Positions 12,301-24,665 of a DNA stretch of 64,000 nt are shown here, in pieces. Location of the stretch: positions 23,808,001-23,872,000 of the forward strand of contig OZ059894.1 of NCBI GenBank assembly GCA_964057225.1. Direction: 5' to 3'. The DNA comes from Auanema rhodensis (taxonomy: Eukaryota > Animalia > Nematoda). The notes under the pieces were generated by a model that searched no databases, was not told the origin of the DNA, and worked only from the letters and a program-made list of their open reading frames with translations. The translations under genes and the position numbers were made by a program. The stretch's first letter is position 1, and every line of letters begins with the position of its first letter.

Positions 12301-14080
12301 GAAATTTACGTGAACTTTAATTTATGCTAATTAAATGTACACGTGATGTGCACTTGGTATGTAACTCGCTTCACGTGAAAGATAAAGAGATGCGGTTTTC
12401 AAAATTTGATTCCCCATGTCCATATTAGTCTAAAAACAAATTTTTATTGATATTGGTTCATGGTAACCATGACTTTGAAATTTACGTGAACTTTAATTTA
12501 TGCTAATTAAATGTACACGTGATGTGCACTTGGTATGTAACTCGCTTCACGTGAAAGATAAAGAAATGCGGTTTTCAAAATTAGATTCCCCATGTCCATA
12601 TTAGTCTAAAAACAAATTTTTATTGATATTGGTGCATGGTAACCATGACTTTGAAATTTACGTGAACTTTAATTTATGCTAATTAAATGTACACGTGATG
12701 TGCACTTGGTATGTAACTCGCTTCACGTGAAAGATAAAGAGATGCGGTTTTCAAAATAAGATTCCCCATGTCCATATTAGTCTAAAAACAAATTTTTATT
12801 GATATTGGTGCATGGTAACCATGACTTTGAAATTTACGTGAACTTTAATTTATGCTAATTAAATGTACACGTGATGTGCACTTGGTATGTAACTCGCTTC
12901 ACGTGAAAGATAAAGAGATGCGGTTTTCAAAATTAGATTCCCCATGTCCATATTAGTCTAAAAACAAATTTTTATTGATATTGGTGCATGGTAACCATGA
13001 CTTTGAAATTTACGTGAACTTTAATTTATGCTAATTAAATGTACACGTGATGTGCATTTGGTATGTAACTCGCTTCACGTGAAAGATAAAGAGATGCAGT
13101 TTTCAAAATTAGATTCCCCATGTCCATATTAGTCTAAAAACAAATTTTTATTGATATTGGTTCATGGTAACCATGACTTTGAAATTTACGTGAACTTTAA
13201 TTTATGCTAATTAAATGTACACGTGATGTGCACTTGGTATGTAACTCGCTTCACGTGAAAGATAAAGAGATGCGGTTTTCAAAATTAGATTCCCCATGTA
13301 CATATTAGTCTAAAAACAAATTTTTATTGATATTGGTGCATGGTAACCATGACTTTGAAATTTACGTGAACTTTAATTTATGCTAATTAAATGTACACGT
13401 GATGTGCACTTGGTATGTAACTCGCTTCACGTGAAAGATAAAGAGATGCGGTTTTCAAAATTAGATTCCCCATGTCCATATTAGTCTAAAAACAAATTTT
13501 TATTGATATTGGTGCATGGTAACCATGACTTTGAAATTTACGTGAACTTTAATTTATGCTAATTAAATGTACACGTGATGTGCATTTGGTATGTAACTCG
13601 CTTCACGTGAAAGATAAAGAGATGCGGTTTTCAAAATTAGATTCCCCATGTCCATATTAGTCTAAAAACAAATTTTTATTGATATTGGTTCATGGTAACC
13701 ATGACTTTGAAATTTACGTGAACTTTAATTTATGCTAATTAATTGTACACGTGATGTGCACTTGGTATGTAACTCGCTTCACGTGAAAGATAAAGAGATG
13801 CGGTTTTCAAAATTAGATTCCCCATGTCCATGTTAGTCTAAAAACAAATTTTTATTGATATTGGTTCATGGTTACCATGACTTTGAAATTTACGTGAACT
13901 TTGATTTATGCTAATTAAATGTACACGTGATGTGCATTTGGTATGTAACTCGCTTCACGTGAAAGATAAAGAGATGCGGTTTTCAAAATTAGATTCCCCA
14001 TGTCCATATTAGTCTAAAAACAAATTTTTATTGATATTGGTTCATGGTAACCATGACTTTGAAATTTACGTGAACTTTAA
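9329..14080 (+). repeat. 7-monomer block (9329-10560) repeated 20 monomers (3520 bp) downstream (12849-14080)
   Basis: Both carry [C33T,G74A]-[C100A]-[G138]-[C33T]-[A15T,A104G,A145T,A175G]-[C33T] in the same order. Confidence 0.88.
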
Positions 14081-15664
14081 TTTATGCTAATTAAATGTAC
14101 ACGTGATGTGCACTTGGTATGTAACTCGCTTCACGTGAAAGATAAAGAGATGCGGTTTTCAAAATTAGATTCATCATGTCCATATTAGTCTAAAAACAAA
14201 TTTTTATTGATATTGGTTCATGGTAACCATGACTTTGAAATTTACGTGAACTTTAATTTATGCTAATTAATTGTACACGTGATGTGCACTTGGTATGTAA
14301 CTCGCTTCACGTGAAAGATAAAGAGATGCGGTTTTCAAAATTAGATTCCCCATGTCCATATTAGTCTAAAAACAAATTTTTATTGATATTGGTTCATGGT
14401 AACCATGACTTTGAAATTTACGTGAACTTTAATTTATGCTAATTAAATGTACACGTGATGTGCACTTGGTATGTAACTCGCTTCACGTGAAAGATAAAGA
14501 GATGCGGTTTTCAAAATTAGATTCCCCATGTCCATATTAGTCTAAAAACAAATTTTTATTGATATTGGTGCATGGTAACCATGACTTTGAAATTTACGTG
14601 AACTTTAATTTATGCTAATTAAATGAACACGTGATGTGCACTTGGTATGTAACTTGCTTCACGTGAAAGATAAAGTGATGCGGTTTTCAAAATTAGATTC
14701 CCCATGTCCATATTAGTCTAAAAACAAATTTTTATTGATATTGGTTCATGGTAACCATGACTTTGAAATTTACGTGAACTTTAATTTATGCTAATTAAAT
14801 GTACACGTGATGTGCACTTGGTATGTAACTCGCTTCACGTGAAAGATAAAGAGATGCGGTTTTCAAAATTTGATTCCCCATGTCCATATTAGTCTAAAAA
14901 CAAATTTTTATTGATATTGGTTCATGGCAACCATGACTTTGAAATTTACGTGAACTTTAATTTATGCTAATTAAATGTACACGTGATGTGCACTTGGTAT
15001 GTAACTCGCTTCACGTGAAAGATAAAGAGATGCGGTTTTCAACATTAGATTCCCCATGTCCATATTAGTCTAAAAACAAATTTTTATTGATATTGGTGCA
15101 TGGTAACCATGACTTTGAAATTTACGTGAACTTTAATTTATGCTAATTAAATGTACACGTGATGTGCACTTGGTATGTAACTCGCTTCACGTGAAAGATA
15201 AAGTGATGCGGTTTTCAACATTAGATTCCCCATGTCCATATTAGTCTAAAAACAAATTTTTATTGATATTGGTTCATGGTAACCATGACTTTGAAATTTA
15301 CGTGAACTTTAATTTATGCTAATTAAATGTACACGTGATGTGCACTTGGTATGTAACTCGCTTCACGTGAAAGATAAAGAGATGCGGTTTTCAAAATTTG
15401 ATTCCCCATGTCCATATTAGTCTAAAAACAAATTTTTATTGATATTGGTTCATGGTAACCATGACTTTGAAATTTACGTGAACTTTAATTTATGCTAATT
15501 AAATGTACACGTGATGTGCACTTGGTATGTAACTCGCTTCACGTGAAAGATAAAGAAATGCGGTTTTCAAAATTAGATTCCCCATGTCCATATTAGTCTA
15601 AAAACAAATTTTTATTGATATTGGTTCATGGTAACCATGACTTTGAAATTTACGTGAACTTTAA

Positions 15665-15865
15665 TTTATGCTAATTAATTGTACACGTGATGTGCACTTG
15701 GTATGTAACTCGCTTCACGTGAAAGATAAAGAGATGCGGTTTTCAAAATAAGATTCCCCATGTCCATATTAGTCTAAAAACAAATTTTTATTGATATAGA
15801 TGCAACAAATTTTTATTGATATTGGTTCATGGTAACCATGACTTTGAAATTTACGTGAACTTTAA
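15665..15865 (+). repeat. Aberrant 201-bp monomer with a rearrangement junction at 15780-15829
   Basis: Reads ACAAATTTTTATTGATAT-AGATGCA-ACAAATTTTTATTGATATTGGTTCA. Array phase shifts by +25 afterwards (next start 15866). Confidence 0.95.
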
Positions 15866-17449
15866 TTTATGCTAATTAAATGTACACGTGATGTGCACTT
15901 GGTATGTAACTCGCTTCACGTGAAAGATAAAGAGATGCGGTTTTCAAAATAAGATTCCCCATGTCCATATTAGTCTAAAAACAAATTTTTATTGATATTG
16001 GTGCATGGTAACCATGACTTTAAAATTTACGTGAACTTTAATTTATGCTAATTAAATGTACACGTGATGTGCACTTGGTATGTAACTCGCTTCACGTGAA
16101 AGATAAAGAGATGCGGTTTTCAAAATTAGATTCCCCATGACCATATTAGTCTAAAAACAAATTTTTATTGATATTGGTGCATGGTAACCATGACTTTGAA
16201 ATTTACGTGAACTTTAATTTATGCTAATTAAATGTACACGTGATGTGCACTTGGTATGTAACTCGCTTCACGTGAAAGATAAAGAGATGCGGTTTTCAAA
16301 ATTAGATTCCCCATGTCCATTTTAGTCTAAAAACAAATTTTTATTGATATTGGTGCATGGTAACCATGACTTTGAAATTTACGTGAATTTTGATTTATGC
16401 TAATTAAATGTACACGTGATGTGCACTTGGTATGTAACTCGCTTCACGTGAAAGATAAAGAGATGCGGTTTTCAAAATAAGATTCCCCATGTCCATATTA
16501 GTCTAAAAACAAATTTTTATTGATATTGGTGCATGGTAACCATGACTTTGAAATTTACGTGAACTTTAATTTATGCTAATTAAATGTACACGTGATGTGC
16601 ACTTGGTATGTAACTCGCTTCACGTGAAAGATAAAGAGATGCGGTTTTCAAAATTAGATTCCCCATGTCCATATTAGTCTAAAAACAAATTTTTATTGAT
16701 ATTGGTGCATGGTAACCATGACTTTGAAATTTACGTGAACTTTAATTTATTCTAATTAAATGTACACGTGATGTGCACTTGGTATGTAACTCGCTTCACG
16801 TGAAAGATAAAGAGATGCGGTTCTCAAAATTAGATTCCCCATGTCCATATTAGTCTAAAAACAAATTTTTATTGATATTGGTGCATGGTAACCATGACTT
16901 TGAAATTTACGTGAACTTTAATTTATGCTAATTAAATGTACACGTGATGTGCACTTGGTATGTAACTCGCTTCACGTGAAAGATAAAGTGATGCGGTTTT
17001 CAAAATTAGATTCCCCATGTCCATATTAGTCTAAAAACAAATTTTTATTGATATTGGTTCATGGCAACCATGACTTTGAAATTTACGTGAACTTTAATTT
17101 ATGCTAATTAAATGTACACGTGATGTGCACTTGGTATGTAACTCGCTTCACGTGAAAGATAAAGAGATGCGGTTTTCAACATTAGATTCCCCATGTCCAT
17201 ATTAGTCTAAAAACAAATTTTTATTGATATTGGTGCATGGTAACCATGACTTTGAAATTTACGTGAACTTTAATTTATGCTAATTAAATGTACACGTGAT
17301 GTGCACTTGGTATGTAACTCGCTTCACGTGAAAGATAAAGTGATGCGGTTTTCAACATTAGATTCCCCATGTCCATATTAGTCTAAAAACAAATTTTTAT
17401 TGATATTGGTTCATGGTAACCATGACTTTGAAATTTACGTGAACTTTAA

Positions 17450-20400
17450 TTTATGCTAATTAAATGTACACGTGATGTGCACTTGGTATGTAACTCGCTT
17501 CACGTGAAAGATAAAGAGATGCGGTTTTCAAAATTTGATTCCCCATGTCCATATTAGTCTAAAAACAAATTTTTATTGATATTGGTTCATGGTAACCATG
17601 ACTTTGAAATTTACGTGAACTTTAATTTATGCTAATTAATTGTACACGTGATGTGCACTTGGTATGTAACTCGCTTCACGTGAAAGATAAAGAGATGCGG
17701 TTTTCAAAATAAGATTCCCCATGTCCATATTAGTCTAAAAACAAATTTTTATTGATATTGGTGCATGGTAACCATGACTTTGAAATTTACGTGAACTTTA
17801 ATTTATGCTAATTAAATGTACACGTGATGTGCACTTGGTATGTAACTCGCTTCACGTGAAAGATAAAGAGATGCTGTTTTCAAAATTAGATTCCCCATGT
17901 ACATATTAGTCTAAAAACAAATTTTTATTGATATTGGTTCATGGTAACCATGACTTTGAAATTTACGTGAACTTTAATTTATGCTAATTAAATGTACACG
18001 TGATGTGCACTTGGTATGTAACTCGCTTCACGTGAAAGATAAAGAGATGCGGTTTTCAAAATAAGATTCCCCATGTCCATATTAGTCTAAAAACAAATTT
18101 TTATTGATATTGGTGCATGGTAACCATGACTTTGAAATTTACGTGAACTTTAATTTATGCTAATTAAATGTACACGTGATGTGCACTTGGTATGTAACTC
18201 GCTTCACGTGAAAGATAAAGAGATGCGGTTTTCAAAATTAGATTCCCCATGACCATATTAGTCTAAAAACAAATTTTTATTGATATTGGTGCATGGTAAC
18301 CATGACTTTGAAATTTACGTGAACTTTAATTTATGCTAATTAAATGTACACGTGATGTGCACTTGGTATGTAACTCGCTTCACGTGAAAGATAAAGAGAT
18401 GCGGTTTTCAAAATTAGATTCCCCATGTCCATTTTAGTCTAAAAACAAATTTTTATTGATATTGGTGCATGGTAACCATGACTTTGAAATTTACGTGAAT
18501 TTTGATTTATGCTAATTAAATGTACACGTGATGTGCACTTGGTATGTAACTCGCTTCACGTGAAAGATAAAGAGATGCGGTTTTCAAAATAAGATTCCCC
18601 ATGTCCATATTAGTCTAAAAACAAATTTTTATTGATATTGGTGCATGGTAACCATGACTTTGAAATTTACGTGAACTTTAATTTATGCTAATTAAATGTA
18701 CACGTGATGTGCACTTGGTATGTAACTCGCTTCACGTGAAAGATAAAGAGATGCGGTTTTCAAAATTAGATTCCCCATGTCCATATTAGTCTAAAAACAA
18801 ATTTTTATTGATATTGCTGCATGGTAACCATGACTTTGAAATTTACGTGAACTTTAATTTATGCTAATTAAATGTACACGTGATGTGCACTTGGTATGTA
18901 ACTCGCTTCACGTGAAAGATAAAGTGATGCGGTTTTCAAAATTAGATTCCCCATGTCCATATTAGTCTAAAAACAAATTTTTATTGATATTGGTTCATGG
19001 TAACCATGACTTTGAAATTTACGTGAACTTTAATTTATGCTAATTAAATGAACACGTGATGTGCACTTGGTATGTAACTTGCTTCACGTGAAAGATAAAG
19101 TGATGCGGTTTTCAAAATTAGATTCCCCATGTCCATATTAGTCTAAAAACAAATTTTTATTGATATTGGTTCATGGTAACCATGACTTTGAAATTTACGT
19201 GAACTTTAATTTATGCTAATTAAATGTACACGTGATGTGCACTTGGTATGTAACTCGCTTCACGTGAAAGATAAAGAGATGCGGTTTTCAAAATTTGATT
19301 CCCCATGTCCATATTAGTCTAAAAACAAATTTTTATTGATATTGGTTCATGGTAACCATGACTTTGAAATTTACGTGAACTTTAATTTATGCTAATTAAT
19401 TGTACACGTGATGTGCACTTGGTATGTAACTCGCTTCACGTGAAAGATAAAGAGATGCGGTTTTCAAAATAAGATTCCCCATGTCCATATTAGTCTAAAA
19501 ACAAATTTTTATTGATATTGGTGCATGGTAACCATGACTTTGAAATTTACGTGAACTTTAATTTATGCTAATTAAATGTACACGTGATGTGCACTTGGTA
19601 TGTAACTCGCTTCACGTGAAAGATAAAGAGATGCTGTTTTCAAAATTAGATTCCCCATGTACATATTAGTCTAAAAACAAATTTTTATTGATATTGGTTC
19701 ATGGTAACCATGACTTTGAAATTTACGTGAACTTTAATTTATGCTAATTAAATGTACACGTGATGTGCACTTGGTATGTAACTCGCTTCACGTGAAAGAT
19801 AAAGAGATGCGGTTTTCAAAATAAGATTCCCCATGTCCATATTAGTCTAAAAACAAATTTTTATTGATATTGGTGCATGGTAACCATGACTTTGAAATTT
19901 ACGTGAACTTTAATTTATGCTAATTAAATGTACACGTGATGTGCACTTGGTATGTAACTCGCTTCACGTGAAAGATAAAGAGATGCGGTTTTCAAAATTA
20001 GATTCCCCATGACCATATTAGTCTAAAAACAAATTTTTATTGATATTGGTGCATGGTAACCATGACTTTGAAATTTACGTGAACTTTAATTTATGCTAAT
20101 TAAATGTACACGTGATGTGCACTTGGTATGTAACTCGCTTCACGTGAAAGATAAAGAGATGCGGTTTTCAAAATTAGATTCCCCATGTCCATTTTAGTCT
20201 AAAAACAAATTTTTATTGATATTGGTGCATGGTAACCATGACTTTGAAATTTACGTGAATTTTGATTTATGCTAATTAAATGTACACGTGATGTGCACTT
20301 GGTATGTAACTCGCTTCACGTGAAAGATAAAGAGATGCGGTTTTCAAAATAAGATTCCCCATGTCCATATTAGTCTAAAAACAAATTTTTATTGATATTG

Positions 20401-21145
20401 GTGCATGGTAACCATGACTTTGAAATTTACGTGAACTTTAATTTATGCTAATTAAATGTACACGTGATGTGCACTTGGTATGTAACTCGCTTCACGTGAA
20501 AGATAAAGAGATGCGGTTTTCAAAATTAGATTCCCCATGTCCATATTAGTCTAAAAACAAATTTTTATTGATATTGCTGCATGGTAACCATGACTTTGAA
20601 ATTTACGTGAACTTTAATTTATGCTAATTAAATGTACACGTGATGTGCACTTGGTATGTAACTCGCTTCACGTGAAAGATAAAGTGATGCGGTTTTCAAA
20701 ATTTGATTCCCCATGTCCATATTAGTCTAAAAACAAATTTTTATTGATATTGGTTCATGGTAACCATGACTTTGAAATTTACGTGAACTTTAATTTATGC
20801 TAATTAAATGAACACGTGATGTGCACTTGGTATGTAACTTGCTTCACGTGAAAGATAAAGTGATGCGGTTTTCAAAATTAGATTCCCCATGTCCATATTA
20901 GTCTAAAAACAAATTTTTATTGATATTGGTTCATGGTAACCATGACTTTGAAATTTACGTGAACTTTAATTTATGCTAATTAAATGTACACGTGATGTGC
21001 ACTTGGTATGTAACTCGCTTCACGTGAAAGATAAAGAGATGCGGTTTTCAAAATTTGATTCCCCATGTCCATATTAGTCTAAAAACAAATTTTTATTGAT
21101 ATTGGTTCATGGTAACCATGACTTTGAAATTTACGTGAACTTTAA
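17450..21145 (+). repeat. 10-monomer (1760-bp) HOR x2.1
   Basis: Markers G74T+C100A (monomers 17802/19562), T99A (18154/19914), G136C (18682/20442) and T18A+C47T+A68T (19034/20794) all recur at 1760 bp. Confidence 0.92.
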
Positions 21146-23081
21146 TTTATGCTAATTAAATGTACACGTGATGTGCACTTGGTATGTAACTCGCTTCACG
21201 TGAAAGATAAAGAGATGCGGTTTTCAAAACTAGATTCCCCATGTCCATATTAGTCTAAAAACAAATTTTTATTGATATTGGTGCATGGTAACCATGACTT
21301 TGAAATTTACGTGAATTTTGATTTATGCTAATTAAATGTACACGTGATGTGCACTTGGTATGTAACTCGCTTCACGTGAAAGATAAAGTGATGCGGTTTT
21401 CAAAATTAGATTCCCCATGTCCATATTAGTCTAAAACAAATTTTTATTGATATTGGTTCATGGTAACCATGACTTTGAAATTTACGTGAACTTTAATTTA
21501 TGCTAATTAAATGTACACGTGATGTGCACTTGGTATGTAACTCGCTTCACGTGAAAGATAAAGAGATGCGGTTTTCAAAATTAGATTCCCCATGTCCATA
21601 TTAGTCTAAAAACAAATTTTTATTGATATTGGTGCATGGTAACCATGACTTTGAAATTTACGTGAACTTTAATTTATGCTAATTAAATGTACACGTGATG
21701 TGCACTTGGTATGTAACTCGCTTCACGTGAAAGATATAAGTGATGCGGTTTTCAAAATTAGATTCCCCATGTCCATATTAGTCTAAAAACAAATTTTTAT
21801 TGATATTGGTTCATGGTAACCATGACTTTGAAATTTACGTGAACTTTAATTTATGCTAATTAAATGTACACGTGATGTGCACTTGGTATGTAACTCGCTT
21901 CACGTGAAAGATAAAGAGATGCGGTTTTCAAAATTAGATTCCCCATGTCCATATTAGTCTAAAAACAAATTTTTATTGATATTGGTGCATGGTAACCATG
22001 ACTTTGAAATTTACGTGAACTTTAATTTATTCTAATTAAATGTACACGTGATGTGCACTTGGTATGTAACTCGCTTCACGTGAAAGATAAAGTGATGAGG
22101 TTTTCAAAATTAGATTCCCCATGTCCATATTAGTCTAAAAACAAATTTTTATCGATATTGGTTCATGGTAACCATGACTTTGAAATTTACGTGAACTTTA
22201 ATTTATGCTAATTAAATGTACACGTGATGTGCACTTGGTATGTAACTCGCTTCACGTGAAAGATAAAGAGATGCGGTTTTCAAAATTAGATTCCCCATGT
22301 CCATATTAGTCTAAAAACAAATTTTTATTGATATTGGTGCATGGTAACCATGACTTTGAAATTTACGTGAACTTTAAATTATGCTAATTAAATGAACACG
22401 TGATGTGCACTTGGTATGTAACTTGCTTCACGTGAAAGATAAAGTGATGCGGTTTTCAAAATTAGATTCCCCATGTCCATATTAGTCTAAAAACAAATTT
22501 TTATTGATATTGGTTCATGGTAACCATGACTTTGAAATTTACGTGAACTTTAATTTATGCTAATTAAATGTACACGTGATGTGCACTTGGTATGTAACTC
22601 GCTTCACGTGAAAGATAAAGAGATGCGGTTTTCAAAATTAGATTCCCCATGTCCATATCAGTCTAAAAACAAATTTTTATTGATATTGGTGCATGGTAAC
22701 CATGACTTTGAAATTTACGTGAACTTTAATTTATGCTAATTAAATGTACACGTGATGTGCACTTGGTATGTAACTCGCTTCACGTGAAAGATAAAGTGAT
22801 GCGGTTTTCAAAATTAGATTCCCCATGTCCATATTAGTCTAAAAACAAATTTTTATTGATATTGGTTCATGGTAACCATGACTTTGAAATTTACGTGAAC
22901 TTTAATTTATGCTAATTAAATGTACACGTGATGTGCACTTGGTATGTAACTCGCTTCACGTGAAAGATAAAGAGATGCGGTTTTCAAAATTAGATTCCCC
23001 ATGTCCATATTAGTCTAAAAACAAATTTTTATTGATATTGGTTCATGGTAACCATGACTTTGAAATTTACGTGAACTTTAA

Positions 23082-24489
23082 TTTATGCTAATTAAATGTA
23101 CACGTGATGTGCACTTGGTATGTAACTCGCTTCACGTGAAAGATAAAGAGATGCGGTTTTTAAAATTAGATTCCCCATGTCCATATTAGTCTAAAAACAA
23201 ATTTTTATTGATATTGGTTCATGGCAACCATGACTTTGAAATTTACGTGAACTTTAATTTATGCTAATTAAATGTACACGTGATGTGCACTTGGTATGTA
23301 ACTCGCTTCACGTGAAAGATAAAGAGATGCGGTTTTCAACATTAGATTCCCCATGTCCATATTAGTCTAAAAACAAATTTTTATTGATATTGGTGCATGG
23401 TAACCATTACTTTGAAATTTACGTGAACTTTAATTTATGCTAATTAAATGTACACGTGATGTGCACTTGGTATGTAACTCGCTTCACGTGAAAGATAAAG
23501 AGATGCGGTTTTCAAAATTAGATTCCCCATGTCCATATTAGTCTAAAAACAAATTTTTATTGATATTGGTGCATGGTAACCATGACTTTGAAATTTACGT
23601 GAATTTTGATTTATGCTAATTAAATGTACACGTGATGTGCACTTGGTATGTAACTCGCTTCACGTGAAAGATAAAGAGATGCGGTTTTCAAAATTAGATT
23701 CCCCATGTCCATATTAGTCTAAAAACAAATTTTTATTGATATTGGTTCATGGTAACCATGACTTTGAAATTTACGTGAACTTTAATTTATGCTAATTAAA
23801 TGTACACGTGATGTGCACTTGGTATGTAACTCGCTTCACGTGAAAGATAAAGAGATGCGGTTTTCAAAATTTGATTCCCCATGTCCATATTAGTCTAAAA
23901 ACAAATTTTTATTGATATTGGTTCATGGTAACCATGACTTTGAAATTTACGTGAACTTTAATTTATGCTAATTAAATGTACACGTGATGTGCACTTGGTA
24001 TGTAACTCGCTTCACGTGAAAGATAAAGAGATGCGGTTTTCAAAATTAGATTCCCCATGTCCATATTAGTCTAAAAACAAATTTTTATTGATATTGGTTC
24101 ATGGCAACCATGACTTTGAAATTTACGTGAACTTTAATTTATGCTAATTAAATGTACACGTGATGTGCACTTGGTATGTAACTCGCTTCACGTGAAAGAT
24201 AAAGAGATGCGGTTTTCAACATTAGATTCCCCATGTCCATATTAGTCTAAAAACAAATTTTTATTGATATTGGTGCATGGTAACCATTACTTTGAAATTT
24301 ACGTGAACTTTAATTTATGCTAATTAAATGTACACGTGATGTGCACTTGGTATGTAACTCGCTTCACGTGAAAGATAAAGAGATGCGGTTTTCAAAATTA
24401 GATTCCCCATGTCCATATTAGTCTAAAAACAAATTTTTATTGATATTGGTGCATGGTAACCATGACTTTGAAATTTACGTGAATTTTGA
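23082..24489 (+). repeat. 5-monomer (880-bp) period, ~1.6 copies
   Basis: [T144C]-[A83C,G151T]-[C171T,A175G] at 23082 and 23962. Confidence 0.8.
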
Positions 24490-24665
24490 TTTATGCTAAT
24501 TAAATGTACACGTGATGTGCACTTGGTATGTAACTCGCTTCACGTGAAAGATAAAGAGATGCGGTTTTCAAAATTAGATTCCCCATGTCCATATTAGTCT
24601 AAAAACAAATTTTTATTGATATTGGTGCATGGTAACCATGACTTTGAAATTTACGTGAACTTTAA

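Noticed and set aside
15780-15829. Transposon insertion or footprint with 18-bp target-site duplication
   Set aside because: All bases derive from the monomer, and flanking HOR markers indicate a deletion fusing two monomers.
22557-22739. 60-aa ORF as a real gene
   Set aside because: It is one satellite monomer with a TAG>CAG change at 22659, with no unique promoter context or recognisable protein features.
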